Assembly: GCA_043228905.1 (NCBI GenBank)
Contig: JBHGNT010000008.1
Coordinates: 18,228,001 to 18,292,000 of the forward strand
Reading direction: 5' to 3'
Source of the DNA: Azolla caroliniana
Lineage: Eukaryota; Plantae; Polypodiophyta
Length of the DNA: 64,000 nt
Shown here: positions 25,169 to 36,492 of the stretch, in pieces
Layout: each line of letters starts with the position of its first letter
How positions within the stretch are numbered: position 1 is the first letter of the stretch
Program-made: the position numbers and the translations under genes
The notes under the pieces: generated by a model
Seen by the model: only the letters and a program-made list of their open reading frames with translations
Told to the model about the DNA's origin: nothing
Database searches by the model: none

Positions 25169-27866
25169 CGGGTCCATAATCTTGTACATTGTATTAACAC
25201 AGGCCATCCGTTCCGACTCGACCCCTTTCCCGAAGTCGGCGATGACTTCGTACATCATTTCTGAACTAACCAGAATCGTCCGGTCTTTGCTCAGACCTTC
25301 TTTAATTCCCCCAAGGTGTCGTCGAAAGAGACTGCCTCCACAGCTCCAGCAATCTCATTATCGGGGCCTAGGACTCTGCACACCCTGAGACATCCCTCCG
25401 CCCATTTCTTCTCCAGACCGCTAATGTCGGTGGTCGTACAGCCTCCGTTGTCGGAGAACCAAAATTTCCTACCTATAGTATAGGTGTGGGGTGTTTCTGG
25501 GGTGTCTAGACTATCGCCGCCCCACGCCTTGATAGCCCTCTCTAAAAATCCCCTCGGCTTTCGCCACCGAGGGTCTCGCGGTTGCGTTCGTAGTTCAGTC
25601 GCACCGTCAGAAATTGGACGGAGTGTCGCCCATCTTGGCTCTTCACGCGCGCGTACGCCGAATCGTTGTCTAGCACCTTCATCTCCATGCGCGTTGTCGT
25701 AAGGTACGGTTCTCCACGTATCACCAGATGCGAGGATGTCTCCTGCACGAAGAAGTGTTGGTCAATCTCGACATCACCGATTTTCACCCGTACATTTGGG
25801 CAGGCCCCGTGTAGCTCCTCCGTGGCGAGCGTCGCCGCTCGTATTTTCCATCTGTGCTTGGTGTTGATCAGCCACTTGCCCTTCTTGTAGAAGTCCATAG
25901 ACATCAGGTTGATCTCCGAACCATGATCTACCACCGCCACCACCGGCTCTTGAACGTCTCTAATCCAAACCGGAGTCTCCGTAGTGGCACTTGCCCAGTG
26001 CAGCTTCGAATAGTGGCTTTCCGCCAATTCGTCTTCCAGGGCCATATCTTCTAGGTGCGTTGTTCGCACCTCCACCGGCTTCTTCGGCTCTAGCTCCGTC
26101 GAAAGCCTTTTTCGCTTGACCAAGTTCACGATGGAGTCATGGAATTCCTTCTTGGCAATCCCAAGCACTTCCCTCAGCAATAGCTCCACCTTGCTGTCGA
26201 GGATTCGTTCCTCAAGGACCTTTTGCAGGTCCATCGTTCTTTCTATCTCGGTGCTCAACCGGTAATGGGCTTTCTTTGTTTTATCTAGTGTGCCGGAAGT
26301 ACCAGCGTCATTCTGCTTCGGCCCGAACCAGGTCTCGTACCGCTGCAAGGGTTTGGCTCCTCCGGCCTTCCCCACACGCTTGTCTTCTACCAAAAACTCG
26401 TAGTTCTGGCACGCAGCTTCCACGAAGCCGGTCTTTTCCTCTACCGGATCACTCCACCCGGTGATCTCCCAGACCCGCCTTTCGGTGCGCTCCGCTTCCT
26501 CCTTCCTCAGCCGCATACCGGCGAGGCCTTCTAATACCACCGGCCAGAACTCGGAGTCCTTCGCCTTCCCACCTTCGTCACTCCCGACATGGATTCCTAC
26601 CGACACCGAGTAATGGATGGTCTCCACGTGGCGCGCCGCCGCTTTTTCCATCAACCTCTTCATTCCTCCTCATCCGATATTCAACTCCAGGGCTCTCCAG
26701 GTGTCACTAGCATGCACCCTCCCGTTCCACAGGTACACCACGTTAGCCCTTATTGGTTCTGCAAAGTCCATGCAATCCTTTCGAATGTGACCGACCGTGT
26801 CACACCACAAGCACTGATGCCTACCCTGAGGCCTTCGGTCGCGAGGTTGCTCGTTGTGATCCTTCCTTGCATGTGCAACCTGGAGGTCTCCCACCATCTA
26901 CATCAGCTCCTCCAGAGCCACTCCTTCGGGCGGGCCTTTGACCACGTTGGTCGATGTCGAGCCTGTCTCGAGCCAATCCCGGGTTTCCTCCCTTCACGCC
27001 GGTGGGGGTCCCTCGAGCTCCCTTGTCGTAACCGCTCCTACCCCCGATGAGCCCTTGTCAACCCACTCACGCCGTTTGTCGAAACGGCCACAGACCCTTT
27101 TACCATGGCCCAGTCGGCCATCAGCCCATCGTCCGTCTCCAACAGGAGACCCACTTGCTCCCGATCCCGCTCGTCCATAGCTTTGACAAATAAAAGGACA
27201 CGACTCGTGTCTAGTACGGTCCTGTCCAGCGCCGAAAGTCGTGCGAAGCGTTCCTCAAACTCTCGGAGGAGCACCGACGCATTCCTCCCCTTCCTGGGGG
27301 TCTCCACCCAATCCACGAAGTCTGCCTTCGTTAACCGAAGCGCGTCATCAAGCTCATACCGTTCAAGGACCCGCGCTTCGAATTCTCCCCAGGACCGGAA
27401 TCCAGCCTGCACCTCGAGCACCTCCGCGTGGATGCCTAGTGTCACCACCCAAGGGAACCTAGCCAGACGCCTTTCCTCTGGGATGTCCCTCATCACCATT
27501 TCGGCTCGATAAGCCACCAAATAACTCGTGGCATCCTTCCCAACGAACCGGCCTATTGTGCCGACAATTGCTTCAATGGCCCTGTCAAGGACGCACGTGC
27601 CCTCACGAGCACTTACTATCTGATCGACCGTTGCTGCCATGCCATGGCTTCGGCGAGCTCTGATCCCCTCATCTTTGATTCCTCTGCCGCCTTGTTTCAC
27701 GTCGTGTTATCTTGCACGCGCAGGAGAAACCAAGGCGGGACCGCAGGGGTCCTAAACCGGGGAATTACTGAACAGAAGGAGGAGCACCACGAACCCACAG
27801 CCAGGCCGCGCACACACGGATACATAGAGAACTCAGAACAAGGTCGAACAACACGTGAGGCGAATG

Positions 27867-27898
<32 letters not shown>

Positions 27899-28374
27899 AT
27901 CAAGATTACAGCCAGCTAGCCGGCAAATGCCAACTCGCTGACACCAACTTACACAACGCACACAACAAGAGATGGAGCCTCTATCGGAAGCACTTGGGCT
28001 TTCCACGAAGCAGAGGCAGCCTCCCGAACCCTGCAGAGAACGATGAAAGGCAGAGGAAAAGAGCTCGGTTCCAGTCCGACAGCACTTAGTCCTCGACCAA
28101 AGCGATCCCCTTCTGAGCCTTCTTCCCCCCCCTTTATAGGCCTCCGGGGAACAGACCATTATACCCTGGTTGCATCATCTTTATTCCCTGTCACCTCGAA
28201 CAAAGATAGACTACGATTTCCTAAACAATAAATGCGTATTAACTAGTATCTTCACATCAACCGAATTGATCCTAAGTATGTACAAGTAATTAAATAGCCT
28301 GCCCACACGCAAGGGCCAATTCTTGCGCATATTTCCCTGATTCCTCCTATGGGCGTTTTTCTCCACGACAACGT

Positions 28375-29558
28375 TACCTGAGTTGTTCAACATCATTCGT
28401 GATGCATATAAGCCACACCCAATTGTGGAACACTTGAAGGAAATATATGATTTCAAGAGATACATCTCAGATGGTGGAGAGCGAAATGCCAAAGTGTTAA
28501 CGCCATTAAATAATATAAGTTTCAACCACGTATTCTTAATAATAATAAAATGATCATAGTGGTTGTACATTATTATATGCAAAGCAATATTCATCCTCCC
28601 CCGAATGGGAGCCTGAACGCGGGTGTCAGTTTCTACTTCATATGTCTTCTACTTTTGTTTATGGTGCAGGACAAATGTCGATTGAGACTAAAAAAGTGGT
28701 CACCAATGTACTATCTGATAATCAAAAGGACGTTTGGATGCAAGCGTTACAAGCCAAACGCAAGCACATTGATAATGCGAAGAAGTATGCTGGGGAACAA
28801 GACATGTCATGCTGGGATGTGTTCTTTACAGATCAAGAACAAATTGTTGACAATTGTGTCCTTGGTACTTGGACCATGCAAATCCCCTTCACATGGAATA
28901 TACAATAGTGTCGCAATTCTCAAACTTCTCCTCTTGGACCTAATGTGATTAATGATAGCTTGCTCCATCCACCACAAAGGGACATATATGTTGGACCCAG
29001 GCTGACGAAAATAACGGAAACGAGGTGGCAAGGAAACTTGCAAGAATTGAAGGTGGGTATGTTAATTGCTACACCTGGTGATGATAATGAGTTGAGACAT
29101 CAATTTTGGATTGATAAGGTTTTAGATGTGGTGATGCATGAGAACCAAAGCCAAATCCAATCTATAAAGGTGCATTGGTACAACACTAGAAGCAAAAATG
29201 CCTTTACCGGTAAGTATGCATTAGAGATGATGGAATGTCCACGGTCAAGGGGGAATAGAAAGAGGAAAAGAAATATTTGTAGCACTTCATGCCTAGACAT
29301 TGGTGACGTAGATATATTGTTTACGACTTCACACTAACAAAAGTTGGACGTCTCATGAAGTCTACAATAGATATCATCAAGGAGAAATTACCTATTCTAC
29401 AAGGGGTCTCAAGTCGAAGGCAAACAAGATCGTCAACACATAACATGGAATGTCAACATCTAGTTTTAGATGAAGACAATGCCTTAATAGGTACATCCGG
29501 AGATGACAAGGAGCAATCCGCATTGTATATTAGTTATAGTAGCGACTCTGGATCATGA
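28375..29558 (+). pseudogene. Sola-like transposase, C-terminal segment
   Basis: Joining 10908 to 28375 restores TTC ACG TTA CCT GAG (FTLPE) and the frame continues LFNIIRDAYKPHP; later frameshifts; terminal domain LKVGMLIA...FWIDKV...VHWY. Confidence 0.78.
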
Positions 29559-30279
29559 TACGAGTGATTTTTGTAAATGTTACACTCGTCAATGTAATTT
29601 TGGTATCTATTGTAAGAGAGTGACGTTTGTAATACTCAAAAGATGTAAAAGTTATGTTTAGAAATATTATTGCTTTGTACAAACATTGTTTGTTATAAAA
29701 TACATTACTTCTTGACTTCTCAGTGATAGTGAACATTGTACCATTTCAATTTTAGCATAATTTTAGCGTTTTTTCAAGTTTAGGAAATGATGAAAATTTG
29801 AGGTTTTCCAACGATTTTGAGAACATGTGATACTGGTATCATTATGTTTTGTGAATAGAGTACCTAAAACCCAAAATTAGAAGGAATATTCCTTACCCTT
29901 CCATTTTTGCGCGATCCTTCCACTTTTGAACGCGAACGTGTTACTAATGTTTCTCTAAAAAGGTAAAAAAACTAATGTTTCTCTAAATTATGAATTTCCT
30001 CTTCTCAAATCCCCACCTAAGACCTTCCTTTCCCTTTCCCCCCCCTTTCCCCCCCTTTTGCCCCCTTTTGCCCCCTTTTTCCCCTTTTTCCCCTGTTTGT
30101 TCGTTGCTCCCTTAGCCCTGCACCTTGTTGGAAGCTCGTTGCTCACTATCCCTGCTCGAAGCTTGTTGCTCGTTGCCTGCTACTCATAGATTCAGCAACA
30201 TCTTGATTCTCCTGCTCACCCATCTAAGGTAGCTCTCTCTCTCTCTCTCTCTACATCCATGGGCCATCTATGTTTTCTC

Positions 30280-30344
<65 letters not shown>

Positions 30345-30607
30345 AAAGCTCTTTGTAAGTTCACTCCGGCCATTTTTTTCTACGTTCTATAGCTCGTTGG
30401 AAAGCTCTTTGAGAGAGCTTTCTAAAGAATGTTCATTTACTGAATTCCGTTACGGTGACGAGAAATTATGAGCATTTTCATACGCAACCATCTTTGCCCC
30501 ACGGTTCCTCAAACGGAAGGTAGATTTTGAAGCCCTAAATCGAGTGAAAGGTACATTCTCTCTCCTTCCCTCTCTGTCTCTCTTTTCCCGTAGGGTTTGT
30601 CCCTACA

Positions 30608-31476
30608 ATGGCAAATACTCGTAAAACCGCCGCAAAGTTTGGGGGTATGATTGATAATGAGCCGAGATCACCAACAAATCTTGATTCTAATGCAATGGAC
30701 AAAATGCTTATGAGTCACTTGATTTCTCTTCAAGAAACCATAAACAAGCAAGGTGAAGAGATTAGGATGTTAATGAAAGAGAATACTAAGCTCCAAAGTG
30801 TTGTCATTGAGAATGAAAGGCTTAAACAAGTGGTGGCAAAACTTCAAGAAGAGATTCAAGAATGTAAAGAGCTTCTTTTGAAACAAATGAGCGCCTTAAC
30901 AAGATTGAGTTAAAGGAAGAATTAAAAGAAGAAAAATTAGACACGATGAGGCGGGATGTGAGTGAGATGAAAAATGTATGTACAACGAAGTCATGGGCCG
31001 ATGTATGTGGTGGGGATGTGCTATCAAACTCATCTAATATGCATGTGATGCATCAAGAGAAGAATATAGAAAGCATAGATGTCTGAGAATTGAAAGAATG
31101 TGAACGACGATCAAAGAACATTGTCGTCCGTGGGATTAAAGAAGAGAGTATGGAAACACCCGCATCCCTTGGAAAGGCCATTGGTAAATTTTTTAGCATG
31201 CATTATGGGATGTCAGATGTGAATGTATATGGGGCACATCGAGTTGGGAAACATGGTGTTACTTGCTTCGGAGAAAGGCCTATTGTATGCACAATGACAG
31301 ATGATACAAAGCGGCGGATCATACTCGAAAATAGTTGGGTATACCTCAAAGGTACACAATGCTTTGTGAGTGAAGATCGTACTATCTCACAACAAAATGC
31401 TCGTCGTAAAGCATATGAAGAAAGATTGAAAAACAAGGTTAAGGATGTGCCTAAAGATGGAAATGTAGGCAAATAG
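30608..31476 (+). pseudogene. LINE ORF1 (coiled coil plus RRM-like), with one frameshift and one stop
   Basis: Heptad-rich N-terminus; RSKNIVVRGIKE...AHRVG...RPIVC...VSEDRT. Confidence 0.8.
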
Positions 31477-31482
31477 GGACAT

Positions 31483-34400
31483 GTGATCTATGAGACTAAC
31501 CCACGCCTTTTACGACTATGCTTTTGGAATTGCAATGGATACCCATGGAATGCGGGATTTGGCATAGAGGAGTTCACCGATTACTCGGATATCACACTTC
31601 TTGTTGAAACATGGGAGCATGATACTCAAAGGATTCAAGGTTTAGGAAACTATAATGTACACTCTTTGATATGGAAGAAAAATCCAAGACAAAGAAGAGG
31701 ACAAGGAGGGGTGTCATGTTTGATTAAGAAGGAAATAGAGAAATATGTGTCAATCATAAAAAATGATGAAAATAAATGCTACATATGGCTCAAAATAGAA
31801 ACACCTAATGATTTGCCCACTTTTGTAGTTGGATGTTACATTCCTCATCAAGATTCTAACTTTTATGCTTGTTTGGATAAAGATCAACCGTTTGCCAATC
31901 TAGAAGATGATATTGCTTATTTCAAATCCAAAGGGGAAGTTATTGTCTTTGGTGACATGAATGCTCGTACAAGAAGTTTCCAACTTGATTCACAAGAATC
32001 TTTCATGCCACATATCTCAAGGATGCAAGAGGATATGCAAATGTATAACCGCTCTTCTAGCAATGAAAAAGATCCGAGCCAATTTGGGAAGTTACTCCTA
32101 CAAATGTGCAATAGTACCGGATTGCTTATTGCAAATGGTATTTCCTTATGGCCCAACACTAATGGTTTTACATGTAGAAAACACAACGAAAATAGTGTGA
32201 TTGGCTATGTGCTACTTTCCGAAGGTATTTTGGATCGTATACATAAATTCTCACTTGGTGAATGGACACCGGAATCCAATCATAGGCCTTTATGTATTGA
32301 TCTCAAATGTATGCATAGGTTTGATTGTGAGAAGGCTATTGAAGATAATAAACAACTGCAGTTGAGCATGAACCTTAAGCGAGCACCCATGTATTCCAAG
32401 ATGGTTGAGGATATGTTACAAATGACAAAGATACAACATGGTGCCACACTAGAATGCAAATGGGAAACTTTCAAGAAAGTCATTCTCTCATGTACAAACA
32501 AATGTTTTTCAACCAACCACACATCTTGGAAGTGCACCAAGAAACTTAGGAAAAAATGGTTTGATAAAGAATGTCGTGAAGCTCGAAAGTGCCTTATGGT
32601 TTTGGATGTAGTTAAGGATAAAGAGAATTACCAAAAGCATTTGCATGAGTATAAAAGGCTTATTCAAAGAAAGAGAAGAATATGGGAAGTTACTCAACAA
32701 TTTATCCAAACGCAAGAGAAAGCACATGCATGTGCTAAATTTTGGGGAAATCTAAAGGGAAAACGTGTTGAGAGTTATGGTGACTTAACTCTTCACGACT
32801 TGTCTATGCATTGTAAGAATTTATATGAGTTATCTCTTGCCGGAAAGATGATGTGTTATGGTTCTCTTTCACATATGCCTCCCTTCTTTACAATTGAAGA
32901 TATATGCATAGGACTTAAGAAATTGGCCTCTCGAAAGGCAAGCGATCTTCAATGTATAAAGGCTGAAATGCTCAAATGGACGGGAAAGGAAGCACATATA
33001 TGGATAAGCGATATGTTTAATGATGCATTGCAACATGATATGCCGTACGATTGGACTACAAATTGGATCAAACCTTTACATAAAGGTGGAGATATAAACA
33101 ATGTAAACAACTATCGAACCATCATGGTTGGCTCATTAATGGCAAAACTATTTGGATGTATAATGGAATCAAAGATAAGTGTATGGGCTGAAAAAAGTGG
33201 TAAGAGAGCTTATGGACAAGCTGGCTTTCGGAAATACCATAGCACCATTGATCACTTTATCACCCTTCAAGTATTAATGGAGGAAAGTCGCCTTAGAGGT
33301 AAAGGTTTATATTGTTGCTTTGTAGACTTCAAGAAAGCTTTTGATATGGTACCTCATGAGCATCTTTGGAGGCGAATGGAAGAACTTGAGGTGCCAAGTG
33401 AATATATGCTAGCAATTTCCCGAATTTATGAGAAGGTTATATGTTGTGTGCGCATGAGAGATAAACTTTCAGATTTTTTCAAAAGCATTATTGGTGTTAA
33501 GCAAGGATGCCCACTCTCACCAACACTATTTGGTCTATCCATTGATGAATTGGAAGAAATGGTTACCAAGTTTGCAAAGGAAGAATGTGTTGAAGAAGTT
33601 GCCATTGGGAATGTTGTAATTATGCTTTTGCTATATGCAGATGATGTAGTGCTTTTTGCAAATACTTTAGGAGATGCACAAAAGCTTATGAAAGCATTGG
33701 AAAAAAATTGCATGCATACTAAATTAAGTGTCAATAGCTCTAAAACAAAGATTATGCTTGTAAAGAGCCAAAAAAGAGATAAACCATGCATTATGTGCAA
33801 CAATGAGCCACTTGAATGTGTGAAAAGCTTCAAATATCTTGGCCTTGAAGTTCCTTCAAAGCATAGATGGAATAAATGTGCTACACGCCGCTTAGAGGCG
33901 GGCAAGCGAGCATGCTATGCATTTGAGAACACATGCAATCTTGGAGATATTAAGTGTTGGGTCCTCAAGAAATATCTTTTCGACACTTTGGTGACACCGG
34001 TTCTTCTCTATGGGCTGGAAGTATGGGGTGGTAGTATCCCTAAATCTATGTGGAAAGAGTTTGAAAATGTCCAAAAGCATTTTCTTACCAAGTTTCTACA
34101 AGTTAAGAAACAAACGCCATACACCCTCCTCCTCCTTGAGACGGGATTGCTTCCCATTGAGATCATGGCCATGGAAAGGGTTGTTGAATACATGCTTAAG
34201 GTTCAAAAAAGTCCCTCACATTGACTTCCTAGAATTGCGTGGGAAGCAAGCAAAAAGATCCAAAAGACGCATAAAAGCAAAATTTTATGTTCCGGTTGGA
34301 TGCAAGATATAGAAAAATGGTTTGGTAGATGGGATGCAAGACACTTGCTTCATGATGCATCATTAGATTCCTCTGTAAATGAGGCATTTTTGCAACGCCA

Positions 34401-34857
34401 ATGTATCATGACATGGGACAAATGTGGAGGCTCACGCTTCACACATTATACTACACATGTTGCACCTAACTACAAAACCATATTCTTTGCGGAATGGGGA
34501 AATCATACACATCCATACATGTTAGAGCCCATACCGTTATCTGCGATTCGAACCATTGCTTCCATGCGACTTAGCTCACATGCATTGCGATGTGAAATAG
34601 GGCGTTGGGGTACAAGTGATGAGAGTGGTTGGTTATGCACACTTTGCCCTAAACAAGTTCGTGAGTCTGAGTATCACACTTTGATACAATGCTCTGCCTT
34701 TGATCATATTCGACCATGCTTTCCACATCTCTTCGATCGAGCCCAATCTTTGCATGAATTCCTCTCACAACCACAATGTGCACTCTCGATTGCAGCATTC
34801 ATTGGTAAAGTTCTTGAACATCGAGAGTCACTACTCAGTTTCACACGTATCACGTGA
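31483..34857 (+). pseudogene. LINE ORF2 (AP endonuclease, reverse transcriptase, C-terminal CCHC), one premature TGA at 34222-34224
   Basis: WNCNG, ETW, GDMNA, SNH (canonical SDH); QAGFR, FVDFKKAFD, GVKQGCPLSP, YADD, FKYLG; CTLC...ESEYHTLIQC. Confidence 0.93.
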
Positions 34858-34953
34858 AATGTAATATTTTTGGTCTCATAGGTCATATTTGACCTCCGAA
34901 GACGATAATATAATCTATCTATCTATCTATCTACCTATCTATATATCTATTTA

Positions 34954-34984
<31 letters not shown>

Positions 34985-35269
34985 TTCATCTGAAAAAGCT
35001 TTTGCATATAATATTGAATGGAGTAGTGGCAAAGGCTTCCTAAGCAATGAATTAGTTCACCATGTTACAAATAGCCTGTCTTTTTTTTGGTATTTTGATA
35101 AACAATATAGTTTTCTTGCTATACCATAAGATATAGTAGCTTCACTTTTACAAACTAATGGAATATGCAATGGTTTAACGAGTTTTCTTTTTTTTAAATG
35201 AGTTAAATAGCTGAAAACATATGGTTTCCACAATTTCATTCTCATCTAAAGCTACTATCAAATGTCTTT

Positions 35270-36170
35270 TTACTCTGAGTTGTCTACCAATAAAGGAACA
35301 ACTGAATTATAGTGTTCTCCAAGCCCGAAAGGATGATGATGATATGAGAGCTGGAAGGTAGAATTCATATTTTTGCCATATTGTTTACCCATTTCAACCT
35401 CAGGAAGGTTGCTTGAGTACACAATTATATGCTTTTGTAAAGAGTGTGCAAGAGCATCCAATTCTAGATGTCCTCCCCATGATGTCGTTGACTCAACCTG
35501 ATGACAATATCTCTCAAATATAGCTTCTTCGTTCTCATTAACATCATTTTCATCAGTATCCCCTACCACAACGAATGGAGCAAAATCTTTGGCATGACTC
35601 TGTATATAAGATGTTGTTATCTCTCTAAATTTTTGGAATGAGAATTGTATAGAAGAAGTATCTAGGTAGAATGCTAGTTTATCCTCTAATGCTCTATACA
35701 AGCAATGCCCATCCGGCTTCATCTCCTTCAGTGCTAACCCCAGTGGTCGTAGCTTTCCTTCAAGCAATTTGTTTTCCACCATCCAATCATTCACCACATT
35801 GTTTTGCTCTTCTTGAATTCTTTGTTCTCTTTCAGCTTCTTGGTTTGCTCTCTTGCCATGCCTTTTCTGGGCTTTTGTTGGTTTTAGTGGTTGAGTTCCA
35901 AATGAAGTAGAAATACCACCAAATCTTTTACTAGTCCATCAACAGTAGTATTGCTCTCCTCTTTATTGGCTCCTAATTCTGACAACTCCTTCGCGTGCCT
36001 CTCACGCATCTTTGTCTCTTGCTTCAAAATATCTTCTTCCACCTGTCTTTTCTTTGCCTTTTGTTCTGCTTTGCTCCCTTTTGCTGCTGTTTTTTTTAGA
36101 GCTATATCTCGGTTTTGAAGTTCTTTGATCTCTTTTTGATGGTGAGACAAGATTTCATCTTGAGAAGAAG
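35270..36170 (-). pseudogene. OTU-domain deubiquitinase (Arabidopsis OTU5/OTUD6B-like) copy, intronless, one frameshift near 35918, start codon lost
   Basis: HQKEIKELQNR..LKKTAAKGSKAEQKAKKRQVEE; PDGHCLY, WGGHLEL, LSYHHHPFGLGEHYNSV. Confidence 0.88.
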
Positions 36171-36492
36171 ATCATGATCACGAAAAAGATGATCATGGCA
36201 ACGATGATGATGGTCTTCTATATTTCTTGAGTGGCGAATAACATGAATTTTGGAACTAGAGACAATAGAATAGAATTCATTCTTTATCGTTCATAGGAGA
36301 TGGGGTATTTAGGTTTATTGTGTTTGGGATGTAGTAAACTCATAGCATCCAAATTTTGGCTTCTAAGGATTTTTAGCTAAAATGAGCTAATGATCATGTT
36401 CTTTAATGATACAACGATCATTTGGGGTGTATTGCTTAGACAACTCGTGAAAGAATTTAAAAGTTGTTAAATTATAAAGCCTATAACAAAGG

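Larger units (their letters stand above)
10909..28370 (-). mobile_element. Ty3/gypsy element A (Phygy-like, degenerate, partly deleted)
   Basis: LTRs 10909-11464 (cut by copia) and about 27701-28370; TSD ACGT (10905-10908, 28371-28374); gag, CCHC knuckle (CLWCDTVGHIRKDC), protease (VVDHGSE), RT, RNase H and integrase over 27699-21215. Confidence 0.92.
3666..29942 (+). mobile_element. Sola-like DDE DNA transposon (about 4.6 kb once nested elements are removed)
   Basis: 35-bp TIRs AACACGTTCGCGTTCAGAAGTGGAAGGATCGCGCA (3666-3700) and 29908-29942 (one mismatch); 4-bp TSD ACTA (3662-3665, 29943-29946); internal transposase. Superfamily assignment is inferred from TSD length and protein motifs. Confidence 0.85.
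30342..34960 (+). mobile_element. near-intact two-ORF LINE (RTEX/L2-group-like); 5' end approximate
   Basis: ORF1, APE-RT ORF2, short 3' UTR ending in a (CTAT)n tail; flanked by (CT)n tracts; no TSD resolved. Confidence 0.88.

Noticed and set aside
13143-27512. Many short antisense and alternate-frame ORFs over the gypsy and copia pol regions
   Set aside because: Shadow ORFs of GC-rich retroelement coding sequence with no independent motifs.
27680-27745. Self-priming (Tf1-like) in gypsy A, suggested by leader/U5 complementarity and no TGG at the PBS position
   Set aside because: The remaining TTCACGTCG is half of the tRNA-Trp PBS seen intact in element C, so a small deletion explains it.
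3668-29940. CACTA/CMC classification from the CACG inside the TIR
   Set aside because: With CAC termini the flanks (TAAA / TTAC) give no TSD; extending the TIR by AA/TT gives a perfect ACTA TSD.
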